Below, one piece after another: positions 45,360 to 52,944 of a stretch of DNA of 64,000 nucleotides. Numbering within the stretch: the stretch's first letter is position 1; each line of letters starts with the position of its first letter. The DNA lies in the IMG/VR virus record IMGVR_UViG_3300005613_000005, positions 27,213-91,212 of that record; one strand, written 5' to 3'. Source of the DNA: a virus. Lineage: Duplodnaviria; Heunggongvirae; Uroviricota; Caudoviricetes. The position numbers were made by a program, and so were the translations under genes. Under the pieces are notes generated by a model, which saw only the letters and a list, made by a program, of their open reading frames with translations, ran no database searches and had not been told where the DNA came from.

Positions 45360-45575
45360 ATGTACAAATGTGAGAGTTGCGGTAAGACCACCGCGTTAAG
45401 TGAAAAAATGGAACGCGTCGTAACAGAACGTCGCGATCGAGTTTACACGGCTGTGGACAGGCGCGGTAGAGAATACGAGCAGGGTAGAGGCTGGGAGATC
45501 GTGAAAGAGATCGCCGTCTGCAAATCCTGTTTCAAAAAGTATAATAAAACTGATGAAAGTAATACTGACAACTGA
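45360..45575 (+). CDS. zinc-ribbon protein
   Basis: CESCG...CKSC. Confidence 0.45.
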   Translation: MYKCESCGKTTALSEKMERVVTERRDRVYTAVDRRGREYEQGRGWEIVKEIAVCKSCFKKYNKTDESNTDN

Positions 45576-46326
45576 TTTACACGAGGGATTTGATCATAAA
45601 ACAAACCGCATAAACGTCAAGATCATACATGAGATGGCCGAAGAGATCAAAAACGACCCTGACATCAAGGTCATGGTAATAACCGGTGATCTTGCTTCAC
45701 ACAAACAGAAACAATTTCCAAGAATATTAAAGATGCTGCGCTCCAAGATACGGATACCGATCGTGATCGTACGCGGCAATCATGACCTGTGGCAAAGGAT
45801 CAAGGGGAAGTACGATAGGAACGGTTCATGGATCAAAGCCAAACATCCTGAGATACAGACCATATACGATCAACAAAAGATATGGATGAAGGACCAGAGC
45901 GTCCATCATCTTGAAGAGAGCAACTTCGTCATCGATGATGTAGTTTTTGTAGGTTGGGATGGATGGTACCATTCTTTGTTCCCACCCACGAACGACGAGT
46001 ATCACATGATAAACTACACTGAAGGTATACGAACCACTGAATGGCTCACGAAACGAGCCGAGAAAGAGTTCGAAAGGGTCATATACGAAGATACCTACAA
46101 GTATCGCAAAGCGATAGCCGTGACACACATGTCACCGCTGCCCTCGAGTCCCGCGTACCAGGGACACGCGGCAAATCCCAAATTCCTACAGCATATTGTA
46201 AGCAAATATGATTATTTCCTGATAGGACACACGCATCAGCCCACCGATATGGTACTACAAAATTGCCGAATATTAAATGCGGGCAGCGATTATAACAAAC
46301 CACAATACATAATTTTTAAAGTATAA
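45553..46326 (+). CDS. calcineurin-like metallophosphoesterase (second copy)
   Basis: TDLHEG, GDLASH, RGNHD, GHTH motifs. Confidence 0.6.
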   Translation: MKVILTTDLHEGFDHKTNRINVKIIHEMAEEIKNDPDIKVMVITGDLASHKQKQFPRILKMLRSKIRIPIVIVRGNHDLWQRIKGKYDRNGSWIKAKHPEIQTIYDQQKIWMKDQSVHHLEESNFVIDDVVFVGWDGWYHSLFPPTNDEYHMINYTEGIRTTEWLTKRAEKEFERVIYEDTYKYRKAIAVTHMSPLPSSPAYQGHAANPKFLQHIVSKYDYFLIGHTHQPTDMVLQNCRILNAGSDYNKPQYIIFKV

Positions 46327-46375
46327 TAATAATTATGAAACAAAGATAATTTAAGTAAAAATAATAGGATAATTA

Positions 46376-46690
46376 ATGAGCGAGTTTAAAAAGTTTGATC
46401 AAGGAAAACCCAAGTTCAGCCTGATACCGCCAAAAGCACTGCGTTTAGTGGCACACATATTCACGATGGGCGAGAAAAAGTACGGTGCCTACAACCACAT
46501 GAAGGGTACGGACTGGGTCAGGTACTGGGACGCCGCGTCCAGGCACATGAACTCATGGTTGGACCAAGAAGACCTAGATCCTGAGTCAATGAAGAACCAC
46601 CTCGCCCACGCTATCGCCAGTCTCATGATAGAACTAGAGATGATATTACGAGATAAAGGAACAGATAACAGGTACAAAGATGAAGAATAA
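46376..46690 (+). CDS. conserved phage protein (KFSLIPP...YG..NW...DPES..HLAHA family)
   Basis: recognisable conserved phage family; function not assignable from sequence alone. Confidence 0.45.
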   Translation: MSEFKKFDQGKPKFSLIPPKALRLVAHIFTMGEKKYGAYNHMKGTDWVRYWDAASRHMNSWLDQEDLDPESMKNHLAHAIASLMIELEMILRDKGTDNRYKDEE

Positions 46691-46976
46691 GCGACAGATC
46701 AAAGTAGCGTGCCTGCAACGGTTGTTCGATCTCATCGACTGCTGCGACGATGTGGTAAATTTTCTGCTGGAAGAGAAGATAATAGACAAAGAACAGTTAA
46801 AAGACCTCAAGATAGAGTACAACAAAGCTGAATTCTTATACAAGATAATCAAGAAAGCGTTGGACGACGACAAATTATTGCTCGCCGATTTCACCTGGCA
46901 GGTGCTCCCGGACGAGAGAATAATGATAACGTTCGTGACCGAGCGCCAACGTCGCGTTTTCTCACACAACTACTAA
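46680..46976 (+). CDS. hypothetical protein
   Basis: 98 aa. Confidence 0.45.
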   Translation: MKNKRQIKVACLQRLFDLIDCCDDVVNFLLEEKIIDKEQLKDLKIEYNKAEFLYKIIKKALDDDKLLLADFTWQVLPDERIMITFVTERQRRVFSHNY

Positions 46977-47053
46977 GAGCATCGTTCGATTTTAAAAAAG
47001 TACAATATATTTAGAGATTGATATTTAAAAAACGTTTTTGTAAGGAGATTTTT

Positions 47054-47548
47054 ATGGACGCAATCGGTCAGAAACAAGCGGTTCTCAACGCCGTCAAGAA
47101 CATCCTTGGCAATTCTTTCGCATCAGGTGAGACCAACGTAAAAGAGGTTTTAACCTCAGATCAGCTCAACACACTGCGCGACAGAATATACGAGGGCGCG
47201 ATAGACGGTTCAATCGCGTACAACAAGGACACGTCTGATACCAAGGCAGTCCGCAGGTACGTCAACGGCATGATCGACAATCATCTCAGGAAATCGAAGG
47301 AGCTGAACGGGGGAAACATCTACAAGCCGGCGAACACCGGTGCAAAACGTGACGCTACTCTCAAGAACTTGAACAGGTTGCTCAAGAACTATGAGGAAGG
47401 AACTGACGAGTACGATCAGGTCAGCACGGCGATAACGAACCGTCATAACGAGCTAAAAACTATGAGATCAACCAAGAAAAAAGACACGGTGAAAAGTAAA
47501 GTTGATACTGACATAATTCCAGATGAGTTAGCCAGCATCATCGAATAA
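47054..47548 (+). CDS. MNQREAVY-family protein, divergent paralog 4
   Basis: MDAIGQKQAVLNAVKNIL...KPANTGAKRDATLKNLNRLLKNYEEGTDEYDQV...IPDEL parallels family blocks; AAGGAG SD. Confidence 0.5.
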   Translation: MDAIGQKQAVLNAVKNILGNSFASGETNVKEVLTSDQLNTLRDRIYEGAIDGSIAYNKDTSDTKAVRRYVNGMIDNHLRKSKELNGGNIYKPANTGAKRDATLKNLNRLLKNYEEGTDEYDQVSTAITNRHNELKTMRSTKKKDTVKSKVDTDIIPDELASIIE

Positions 47549-47576
47549 ACCCGTACAAGATACGAGGTTTATTCAG

Positions 47577-47617
47577 GCCCGGCAGTTTTCTCTCCCCCTT
47601 CGACTGCCGGGCTTTTT
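47577..47617 (+). terminator. rho-independent terminator
   Basis: GCCCGGCAG...CTGCCGGGC + TTTTT. Confidence 0.6.
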
Positions 47618-47635
47618 ACTGTAGGAGGTACACTT

Positions 47636-47971
47636 ATGACCTTAACGACAAATATACAATCCTTGAGAGCCCTTATAGGAATGCCTGATGGTGACGATTT
47701 TTACTCCGACGAGAACATCGTGCACCGCAAGCGCTTGCAAGCGGTCAGCGGTAGGATCTACTACGAGGTCGTGTTAAGCATGAAAGATGAAGAGCCCGTT
47801 GATAAAGATCTCATAAGTAGAAGATATCGCGAGCGTTTGTGCACGCTCCCGACCAAAGATCTGGAGTATATTTTGTGGGGGCATGAAGAAGGACTCGTAG
47901 TACGACGCGAGGACACTCTGGACGCTATACGTTCTGAGCTCACAGAACGAGGGGTTCTAAACGACGATTAA
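47636..47971 (+). CDS. hypothetical protein
   Basis: TAGGAGG SD. Confidence 0.5.
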   Translation: MTLTTNIQSLRALIGMPDGDDFYSDENIVHRKRLQAVSGRIYYEVVLSMKDEEPVDKDLISRRYRERLCTLPTKDLEYILWGHEEGLVVRREDTLDAIRSELTERGVLNDD

Positions 47972-48123
47972 TCGTTCTTCTTTTGCTTGTACGCGTTACG
48001 CACGTCTTCGTGCGGGGAATTCGAAAGATCTTTATGATCTTCATCACTTAAATGTCCAAAATGATGCTGTACCATTTTCATCTGTCTATTTCTATCACGA
48101 GACCTAACATGTTCACGCATTTT
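47971..48123 (-). CDS. hypothetical small His-rich protein
   Basis: 50-aa reverse ORF coupled to 48113..48595. Confidence 0.3.
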
Positions 48124-48595
48124 TTATCGTTTCAAGACCTTTATGTAACTTGTCTAGTATATCATAGAAATTTTTCTTGAGATCTTTCTCTTTCTTTCGT
48201 TCTTTGAGCTGCCGTTTAGCTTCTTCATCACCGCGTATCGCCCATTCAGTAAGTCTAGCAGCGTTAGCACTGCTGACTTTCGGTTTATGCCCTTTCTCTT
48301 CTTTTACGACTGGAGCACCAACACCTATGCGAGCATCAGACGATCCCTTGCGTCCCAGCTGTGCCTGTGCCATCTGACCAGCGCGCAGATCTTTTATAGA
48401 CCGAGCACCGATCTTTGACTCGGCCGCCGCAGCTGAAGCTTTTATCTTCTTGGCCTTCTTCTCAGCTTCTTTGGTTTCTTTCTCGGACAGTTTTTGGACG
48501 CCTTTCTGAGGACCAGAGGGTCTTATCATTATCCGTCTTACCTTCATGAGGTCTTCGAGTTCCTGCAACGCTTTTCTTACACGAGACTTATCCAT
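48113..48595 (-). CDS. Lys-rich hypothetical protein
   Basis: 160 aa; GATATAAT -10 upstream on minus strand. Confidence 0.5.
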   Translation of the reverse strand: MDKSRVRKALQELEDLMKVRRIMIRPSGPQKGVQKLSEKETKEAEKKAKKIKASAAAAESKIGARSIKDLRAGQMAQAQLGRKGSSDARIGVGAPVVKEEKGHKPKVSSANAARLTEWAIRGDEEAKRQLKERKKEKDLKKNFYDILDKLHKGLETIKNA

Positions 48596-48705
48596 GACAA
48601 TCTCCTAGTATGTTAAAAGAATATATTAAGATTATATCAGTTTTTAAGGTTAGAAAAATTTTTTCCAGATACGTGAAAAATTGCAGTTAGTTAAAAATAA
48701 AAATA

Positions 48706-48714
48706 TGGTATAAT
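48706..48714 (+). promoter_or_regulatory. extended -10 promoter TGGTATAAT for tRNA array
   Basis: ~120 nt upstream of first tRNA. Confidence 0.4.
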
Positions 48715-48836
48715 TAACCCTATGAAACAAACATTGCGCTCCTTATATTTATCGTCATGTAGACCTGATCACAGGTCCAGCGTAGTGTTCTATTTTAGTA
48801 ATAATAGATAATTAAATAAAGTTCACTACTTAGCTT

Positions 48837-48912
48837 GAGTCGGTGGTGATAACGGTAACACGTCAGGCTGTTAACCTGTAAGATCTAGGTTCGATTCCTA
48901 GCCGGCCCGCCA
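48837..48912 (+). tRNA. tRNA-Asn(GTT)-like, possible pseudo-tRNA
   Basis: cloverleaf with A2:C71 acceptor mismatch and weak anticodon stem; loop ctGTTaa; encoded CCA. Confidence 0.4.
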
Positions 48913-48935
48913 AAATTGAATAGGAGATTTAACGA

Positions 48936-49012
48936 GCCACCGTAGCTCAGAATGGCAGAGCGCGGGCCTGAAGAGCCCGGTGTCGGAGTTTCGATACCTC
49001 CCGGTGGCACCA
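48936..49012 (+). tRNA. tRNA-Phe(GAA)
   Basis: acceptor GCCACCG/CGGTGGC, loop ctGAAga, T-loop, CCA. Confidence 0.8.
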
Positions 49013-49046
49013 GGTATTTGAAAAACGAATAGTAGAATGAGATTGT

Positions 49047-49342
49047 GGAGACGGCAAGACCGTTACTGGGAGGTGAAAACCCCTGGAGGATAAAGTCCGG
49101 ACACCGAAGAGCAGCGTAGTGGCTAACGGCCACCCGTCAGGAAGACGAGGACTAGTGGAACAGAGACGAGCCAGTTAAGTCTGGAATGAAACGGCTAAAC
49201 TCTACGCGGTGCAACGCCAAATAGGCTAGCTATTGACCTATGCTCGGGGGACGTTGGCGGGTAGGCGGCAGTGAGCTGGAAGGTAACGACCAGCCCAGAT
49301 AGATTACGGTCGAGGTACAGAATCCGGCTTATTACCGTCTCC
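49047..49342 (+). ncRNA. rnpB: RNase P RNA (bacterial type A-like, reduced)
   Basis: GGAGGATAAAGTCCGGAC (P4 5' strand), GTGGAACAGAGACGAGCC, CGGTGCAACGCCAAATAGGC, GGGTAGGC..CAGTGAGC, GTACAGAATCCGGCTTAT (P4 3' strand); P1 pairing GGAGACGG/CCGTCTCC. Confidence 0.75.
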
Positions 49343-49370
49343 ATCCGGCCAGGAACAATCTCAAAACAAA

Positions 49371-49471
49371 GGAAGACTTATCCGAAAGATTCTGGGTAGC
49401 GGAGACTGTCTTGAAAACAGTTTGGTGAAATATAAGTAGCCGTCAGGGTTCGAATCCCTGGTCTTCCGCCA
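49371..49471 (+). tRNA. tRNA-Ser(TGA), long-arm type, unusually long (101 nt)
   Basis: acceptor GGAAGAC/GTCTTCC, loop ctTGAaa, long variable arm, CCA. Confidence 0.55.
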
Positions 49472-49473
49472 AA

Positions 49474-49557
49474 GGGGTATCTGCGGAGTGGGATCCGCGC
49501 GAGCCTGTAGAGCTCGTGCCGCTGCGCTAGGAGGTTCGATTCCTTAATACCCCACCA
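49474..49557 (+). tRNA. tRNA-Tyr(GTA)
   Basis: acceptor GGGGTAT/ATACCCC, loop ctGTAga, 13-nt variable arm. Confidence 0.7.
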
Positions 49558-49560
49558 GAC

Positions 49561-49636
49561 GCTCACGTAGCCCAACGGGAGAGGCAGCAGCTTCAAACGC
49601 TGAAGAGTGTTGGTTCGAATCCAACCGTGAGTACCA
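49561..49636 (+). tRNA. tRNA with anticodon CAA (Leu-reading) but short variable arm
   Basis: 76 nt, loop ttCAAac, 5-nt variable region, discriminator A. Confidence 0.5.
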
Positions 49637-49637
49637 A

Positions 49638-49714
49638 GCGGAGGTAACCCAACAGGAAGAGGTAGCAGGCTTAAACCCTGTTCAGCATGGGTTCAAATCC
49701 CATCCTCCGCACCA
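49638..49714 (+). tRNA. tRNA with anticodon TAA (Leu-reading), short variable arm
   Basis: acceptor GCGGAGG/CCTCCGC, loop ctTAAac. Confidence 0.55.
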
Positions 49715-49715
49715 C

Positions 49716-49788
49716 GCCTCGGTGGTCTAACAGATAAGGCACTGGTCTTCTAAGCTAATTGATGTGGGTTCGACTCCTACCTGAGACA
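49716..49788 (+). tRNA. tRNA-Arg(TCT)
   Basis: loop ctTCTaa; C2:A71 mismatch and weak anticodon stem; no encoded CCA. Confidence 0.45.
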
Positions 49789-49792
49789 CTAT

Positions 49793-49882
49793 GGAAGGTA
49801 AACTGGCATGGTGCCAGGCTTGCCTGCTAAGCAATGCGCGCTCTTATACGGGCGTATGGTTCGACTCCATTGCCTTCCGCCA
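49793..49882 (+). tRNA. tRNA-Ser(GCT)
   Basis: 90 nt, loop ctGCTaa, long variable arm, CCA. Confidence 0.7.
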
Positions 49883-49973
49883 AGTCTATTTAAAAATATA
49901 GTAAAACAACAATATGCATAATTATGTGCATCAACGGCTGTTTGAACAGCAATGGTAACAGAAAGTAGACATT

Positions 49974-50297
49974 ATGTCTAAAATTAAAGTTAAATTTGAA
50001 GAGCCTAGTTTTTGTAGTTACGACAATGTTTGGAAAATTTCATGGACTATAAACGGACGCAGAACTAATTCTTTCAGTAGTCGTGGCAAAAGAATAGGCC
50101 AGACTATCTCGCCTAAACAAATAGCAAATGAATATCGAGAGGCATTAAAAAGAGGACAAATTGTAGTTGATTTTTTAACTCAAAAAATCACCCGCAAACA
50201 AGCTATCAATAATTTAAAAGACCTGCGATTTCTATGCCCTAAAAACCAAACATCACATTTATTAACATTAGCAGAATTTGCTTTAAATTTACGTTAA
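49974..50297 (+). CDS. hypothetical protein inside tRNA array
   Basis: 107-aa AT-rich ORF between tRNA subclusters. Confidence 0.4.
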   Translation: MSKIKVKFEEPSFCSYDNVWKISWTINGRRTNSFSSRGKRIGQTISPKQIANEYREALKRGQIVVDFLTQKITRKQAINNLKDLRFLCPKNQTSHLLTLAEFALNLR

Positions 50298-50298
50298 T

Positions 50299-50376
50299 TG
50301 GTGTCCTCGACCGGATTTGAACCGGTGTCTCCGGAGTGAAAGTCCGATATCCTAGACCTGACTAGACGACGAGGAC
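50299..50376 (-). tRNA. tRNA-Glu(TTC), opposite strand
   Basis: rc GTCCTCG...ctTTCac...CGAGGAC-A-CCA. Confidence 0.75.
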
Positions 50377-50377
50377 C

Positions 50378-50455
50378 TGGTACTCGGGAGTGGACTTGAA
50401 CCACCGACCTCTGCCTTATCAGAGCAGCGCTACTAACCAACTGAGCTACCCGAGC
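50378..50455 (-). tRNA. tRNA-Ile(GAT), opposite strand
   Basis: rc GCTCGGGTAGCTCAGTTGGTTAG...ctGATaa...GGTTCAAGTCC. Confidence 0.8.
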
Positions 50456-50614
50456 ATGTTCGTTTCTGTTTACAGATTGTATGGGATAACGGGTGCGCGT
50501 TTACGCAACAGACAACTCAACGCACACCTTACATTCGATCTCAATAATAATAAGTTCAAGTGTACGTTTCATCATTAACCCATTATACCACACTTTGTTA
50601 GGTATAAATAATAT

Positions 50615-50812
50615 ATGGATAAGATAAGTAAGTGCGATAAACATCCTAAGTATAATGGATCGAAGAAACCCAGGACTGATTGCGATCAGTGTTGGAAGAT
50701 ATATTTGAAAAAACAAGAACGCAAGAAACGCGTGCCGATCAGACCGACCAAAGTGATACCAGACAAGACCAAGTACACGCGCAAGAAGAAACATAAGAAA
50801 AAAGAGGAGTGA
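50615..50812 (+). CDS. hypothetical basic protein
   Basis: 65 aa Lys-rich. Confidence 0.45.
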   Translation: MDKISKCDKHPKYNGSKKPRTDCDQCWKIYLKKQERKKRVPIRPTKVIPDKTKYTRKKKHKKKEE

Positions 50813-50814
50813 GT

Positions 50815-51093
50815 ATGTCAGTGACAGTAAGTTATCTACTCTCAATGGAAAAAAGTTTAAAAGCCAGGTTAGGCCAACTCAAAGAACTAAGGAGCGAGGT
50901 CTCAACGCTCGAGAGATGGGGCGACAGGGACAAGATCAAAGAACCGCAGTACGATGTAAAGGCGGTAGACAAGATGATAAGCGACATCAACAAGGTCCTG
51001 TTCGAGATCGACCAGAAGATCAAGGAGAGCAACGCTCGCACAAAAATTAAGATTAACGTAGACTATAACGAGTTAATGTCAGAGATCAAGTAA
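50815..51093 (+). CDS. hypothetical coiled-coil protein
   Basis: ATG 50815 after GAGGAG. Confidence 0.45.
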   Translation: MSVTVSYLLSMEKSLKARLGQLKELRSEVSTLERWGDRDKIKEPQYDVKAVDKMISDINKVLFEIDQKIKESNARTKIKINVDYNELMSEIK

Positions 51094-51298
51094 GCGATTA
51101 CTTGCATCCACGACATAGAAGAGGACTGACTTCGATGTCGAGAGAAGAACGTTCCACACTAATGCTGGACGCGTGGTATGACCCCGCATAAAACATTGTT
51201 GTTGATCAGGGGTGCTCACAAATTGTCCGTTGATTGTGGTTGGTTGTTGTCTTTAGTTCTTCTCGTCCTCTTTTTTTTATCACTTAATAAAAATTATA

Positions 51299-51307
51299 TG
51301 GTATAAT
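51299..51307 (+). promoter_or_regulatory. extended -10 promoter TGGTATAAT for second tRNA block
   Basis: upstream of 51500 tRNA block. Confidence 0.4.
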
Positions 51308-51499
51308 GTATTTTATGATTACTAACTTTATAAATCTCATAGTTCAGATACTGAAAGGAACATGTCAAGGCGTGGATACCAACGCCATGGTTCCTTGTCG
51401 TGTGCGTGCTGCCCGACCTATGCGACATATAAAGGCGCCATGGCGTAAGTAATCAAAATCTAGTAAGCAAATCAAATTAAATTTAATAGGTTTTGACGA

Positions 51500-51575
51500 G
51501 GGCTGGTGGTGATAACGGCCAACACGCCGCGCTTGCACCGCGGAGATCAGGGTTCGATTCCCTGCCGGTCCACCA
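51500..51575 (+). tRNA. tRNA-Ala(TGC)
   Basis: acceptor GGGCTGG/CCGGTCC (two G:U), loop ctTGCac. Confidence 0.7.
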
Positions 51576-51612
51576 AGATTTTTGACAACTGAATAGGTAG
51601 ATCATAAAACGA

Positions 51613-51687
51613 TGGGGAATAGTGCAATGGCTAGCACGACGGGCTTTGAACCCGTTAGTGGTGGTTCGAATCCACCTTCCCCAACCA
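51613..51687 (+). tRNA. tRNA-Gln(TTG)
   Basis: U1:A72, loop ctTTGaa. Confidence 0.75.
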
Positions 51688-51688
51688 T

Positions 51689-51764
51689 GCGAGTGTAGCT
51701 CACCGAGAAGAGCGTCGGTCTTCCAAACCGAAGGCAGCGGGTGCAAGTCCCGCCTCTCGCTCCA
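51689..51764 (+). tRNA. tRNA-Gly(TCC)
   Basis: loop ctTCCaa; one acceptor mismatch. Confidence 0.65.
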
Positions 51765-51765
51765 T

Positions 51766-51842
51766 GCCAGAGTAGCCCAATTGGAAGAGGCATACGGCTT
51801 AGACCCGTAGTGTTGTGAGTTCGAATCTCACCTCTGGTACCA
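51766..51842 (+). tRNA. tRNA with anticodon TAG (Leu-reading), short variable arm
   Basis: acceptor GCCAGAG/CTCTGGT, loop ctTAGac. Confidence 0.55.
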
Positions 51843-51843
51843 A

Positions 51844-51920
51844 CTGAGTGTAGCGCAGTCTGGTAGCGCGCCTGGCCTGGGCCCAGGAGGTCGGAGGTTC
51901 GAATCCTCCCACTCAGACCA
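51844..51920 (+). tRNA. tRNA-Pro(TGG)
   Basis: acceptor CTGAGTG/CACTCAG, loop ccTGGgc. Confidence 0.75.
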
Positions 51921-51929
51921 AGTAAACGA

Positions 51930-52004
51930 TGGCGCTTGGTGTAACAGATAGCATATCAGGCTACGAACCTGAAGATGAGGGTGCAATTCCTTCAGTGCCA
52001 ACCA
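51930..52004 (+). tRNA. tRNA-Arg(ACG)
   Basis: U1:A72, loop ctACGaa. Confidence 0.7.
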
Positions 52005-52011
52005 TATATAT

Positions 52012-52086
52012 GCCCGCGTGACCGAGTAGCTTAGGACACGGACTGCAAATCCGTGCACGCTGGTGCAAATCCAGCCGCGGGCTCCA
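52012..52086 (+). tRNA. tRNA-Cys(GCA)
   Basis: acceptor GCCCGCG/CGCGGGC, loop ctGCAaa. Confidence 0.7.
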
Positions 52087-52087
52087 C

Positions 52088-52163
52088 AGACGAGTAGCTC
52101 ACCGAGAAGAGCGCTAGCCTTACAAGCTAGAGGCAGTGGGTGCGAGTCCCTCCTCGTCTACCA
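52088..52163 (+). tRNA. tRNA-Val(TAC)
   Basis: A1:U72, loop ctTACaa. Confidence 0.65.
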
Positions 52164-52164
52164 T

Positions 52165-52244
52165 GGGCGTGTATCGGCTTACTCTTATAAGGTATAGAAA
52201 CCGTAATTGGAGACATGGAGGTTCGAGTCCTCCCACGCCCACCA
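52165..52244 (+). tRNA. atypical tRNA-like gene (anticodon undetermined)
   Basis: perfect acceptor GGGCGTG/CACGCCC and T-arm but no canonical D/anticodon arms. Confidence 0.35.
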
Positions 52245-52245
52245 C

Positions 52246-52319
52246 GCTCCATTAGTTCAGTGGCAGAACTGCTGTCTTGTAAACAGCGTACAGAGGTTCG
52301 ATTCCTCTATGGAGCTCCA
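52246..52319 (+). tRNA. tRNA-Thr(TGT)
   Basis: acceptor GCTCCAT/ATGGAGC, loop ctTGTaa. Confidence 0.8.
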
Positions 52320-52320
52320 G

Positions 52321-52394
52321 GGGCGGTTAGTGTAACGGCAGCACGTCGGCTTCCAAACCCGACAGTTTGGGTTCAAATCCTAAGCCGCCCGCCA
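52321..52394 (+). tRNA. tRNA-Trp(CCA)
   Basis: loop ttCCAaa. Confidence 0.7.
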
Positions 52395-52398
52395 ACGA

Positions 52399-52473
52399 GG
52401 TGCTATAGTGTAGTGGTTATCACGCCGGACTGTCTATCCGGAGACCGGGGTTCGATTCCCCGTAGCACCGCCA
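52399..52473 (+). tRNA. tRNA-Asp(GTC)
   Basis: acceptor GGTGCTA/TAGCACC, loop ctGTCta. Confidence 0.8.
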
Positions 52474-52492
52474 GATAAGGTATAATATCAAC

Positions 52493-52762
52493 GTGATAAC
52501 AACGATCAGTAAAAAAATTTTAGATATACTTTTAAACGTGACCGCAACGAACAGTCATGAAAAATGTCCTTACTGCGAACGAACTTTAAAGTACGACAGG
52601 ATAGTTGAGTGCGATATATACGAATCCGTTCATCCTACCAACTACGGTATGTGGTTTACGTTCACGTATAAAAAATGCCCGTGCAACTACGGCCCTTCTA
52701 CTGTAAGCAATCACTTGATCATCGATCATCTTCTATATAAATTAGGTATCAGGTACACGTAG
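52493..52762 (+). CDS. hypothetical Cys-rich protein inside tRNA array
   Basis: 89-aa ORF (CPYC...CPC); TATAAT upstream. Confidence 0.4.
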   Translation: MITTISKKILDILLNVTATNSHEKCPYCERTLKYDRIVECDIYESVHPTNYGMWFTFTYKKCPCNYGPSTVSNHLIIDHLLYKLGIRYT

Positions 52763-52800
52763 TCAAATTTGAGTTTTTAAACATATTTAAAGACCTAGAT

Positions 52801-52875
52801 GTGACTATAGTGTAACGGTCAGCACGAGAGGTTGTGGTCCTCTAAGTGAGGGTTCGAGTCCCTCTAGTCACCCCA
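52801..52875 (+). tRNA. tRNA-His(GTG)
   Basis: loop ttGTGgt; discriminator C73; no encoded G-1. Confidence 0.75.
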
Positions 52876-52944
52876 GGTCAATAAAAAATTTCCGATCGAA
52901 CGGGGGAAATCTGCAGCTTGGAAATTATACGGTATAATATGTAT

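Noticed and set aside
49141-49471. Possible single long tRNA with ~230-nt intron (GGAAGAC at 49141 pairing with GTCTTCC at 49461)
   Set aside because: The 5' match lies inside the RNase P RNA. An identical GGAAGAC at 49371 gives a contiguous 101-nt tRNA-Ser.
48885-49596. Minus-strand ORFs 48885-49133 and 49378-49596
   Set aside because: They overlap tRNA-Phe, RNase P RNA, tRNA-Ser and tRNA-Tyr.
50390-50578. Plus-strand ORF overlapping tRNA-Ile/Glu region
   Set aside because: It overlaps the minus-strand tRNA genes.
51483-52478. Multiple short ORFs (51483-51746, 51602-51793, 51622-51810, 51828-52058, 52215-52478)
   Set aside because: They all lie across the tRNA genes and are artefacts of GC-rich tRNA sequence.
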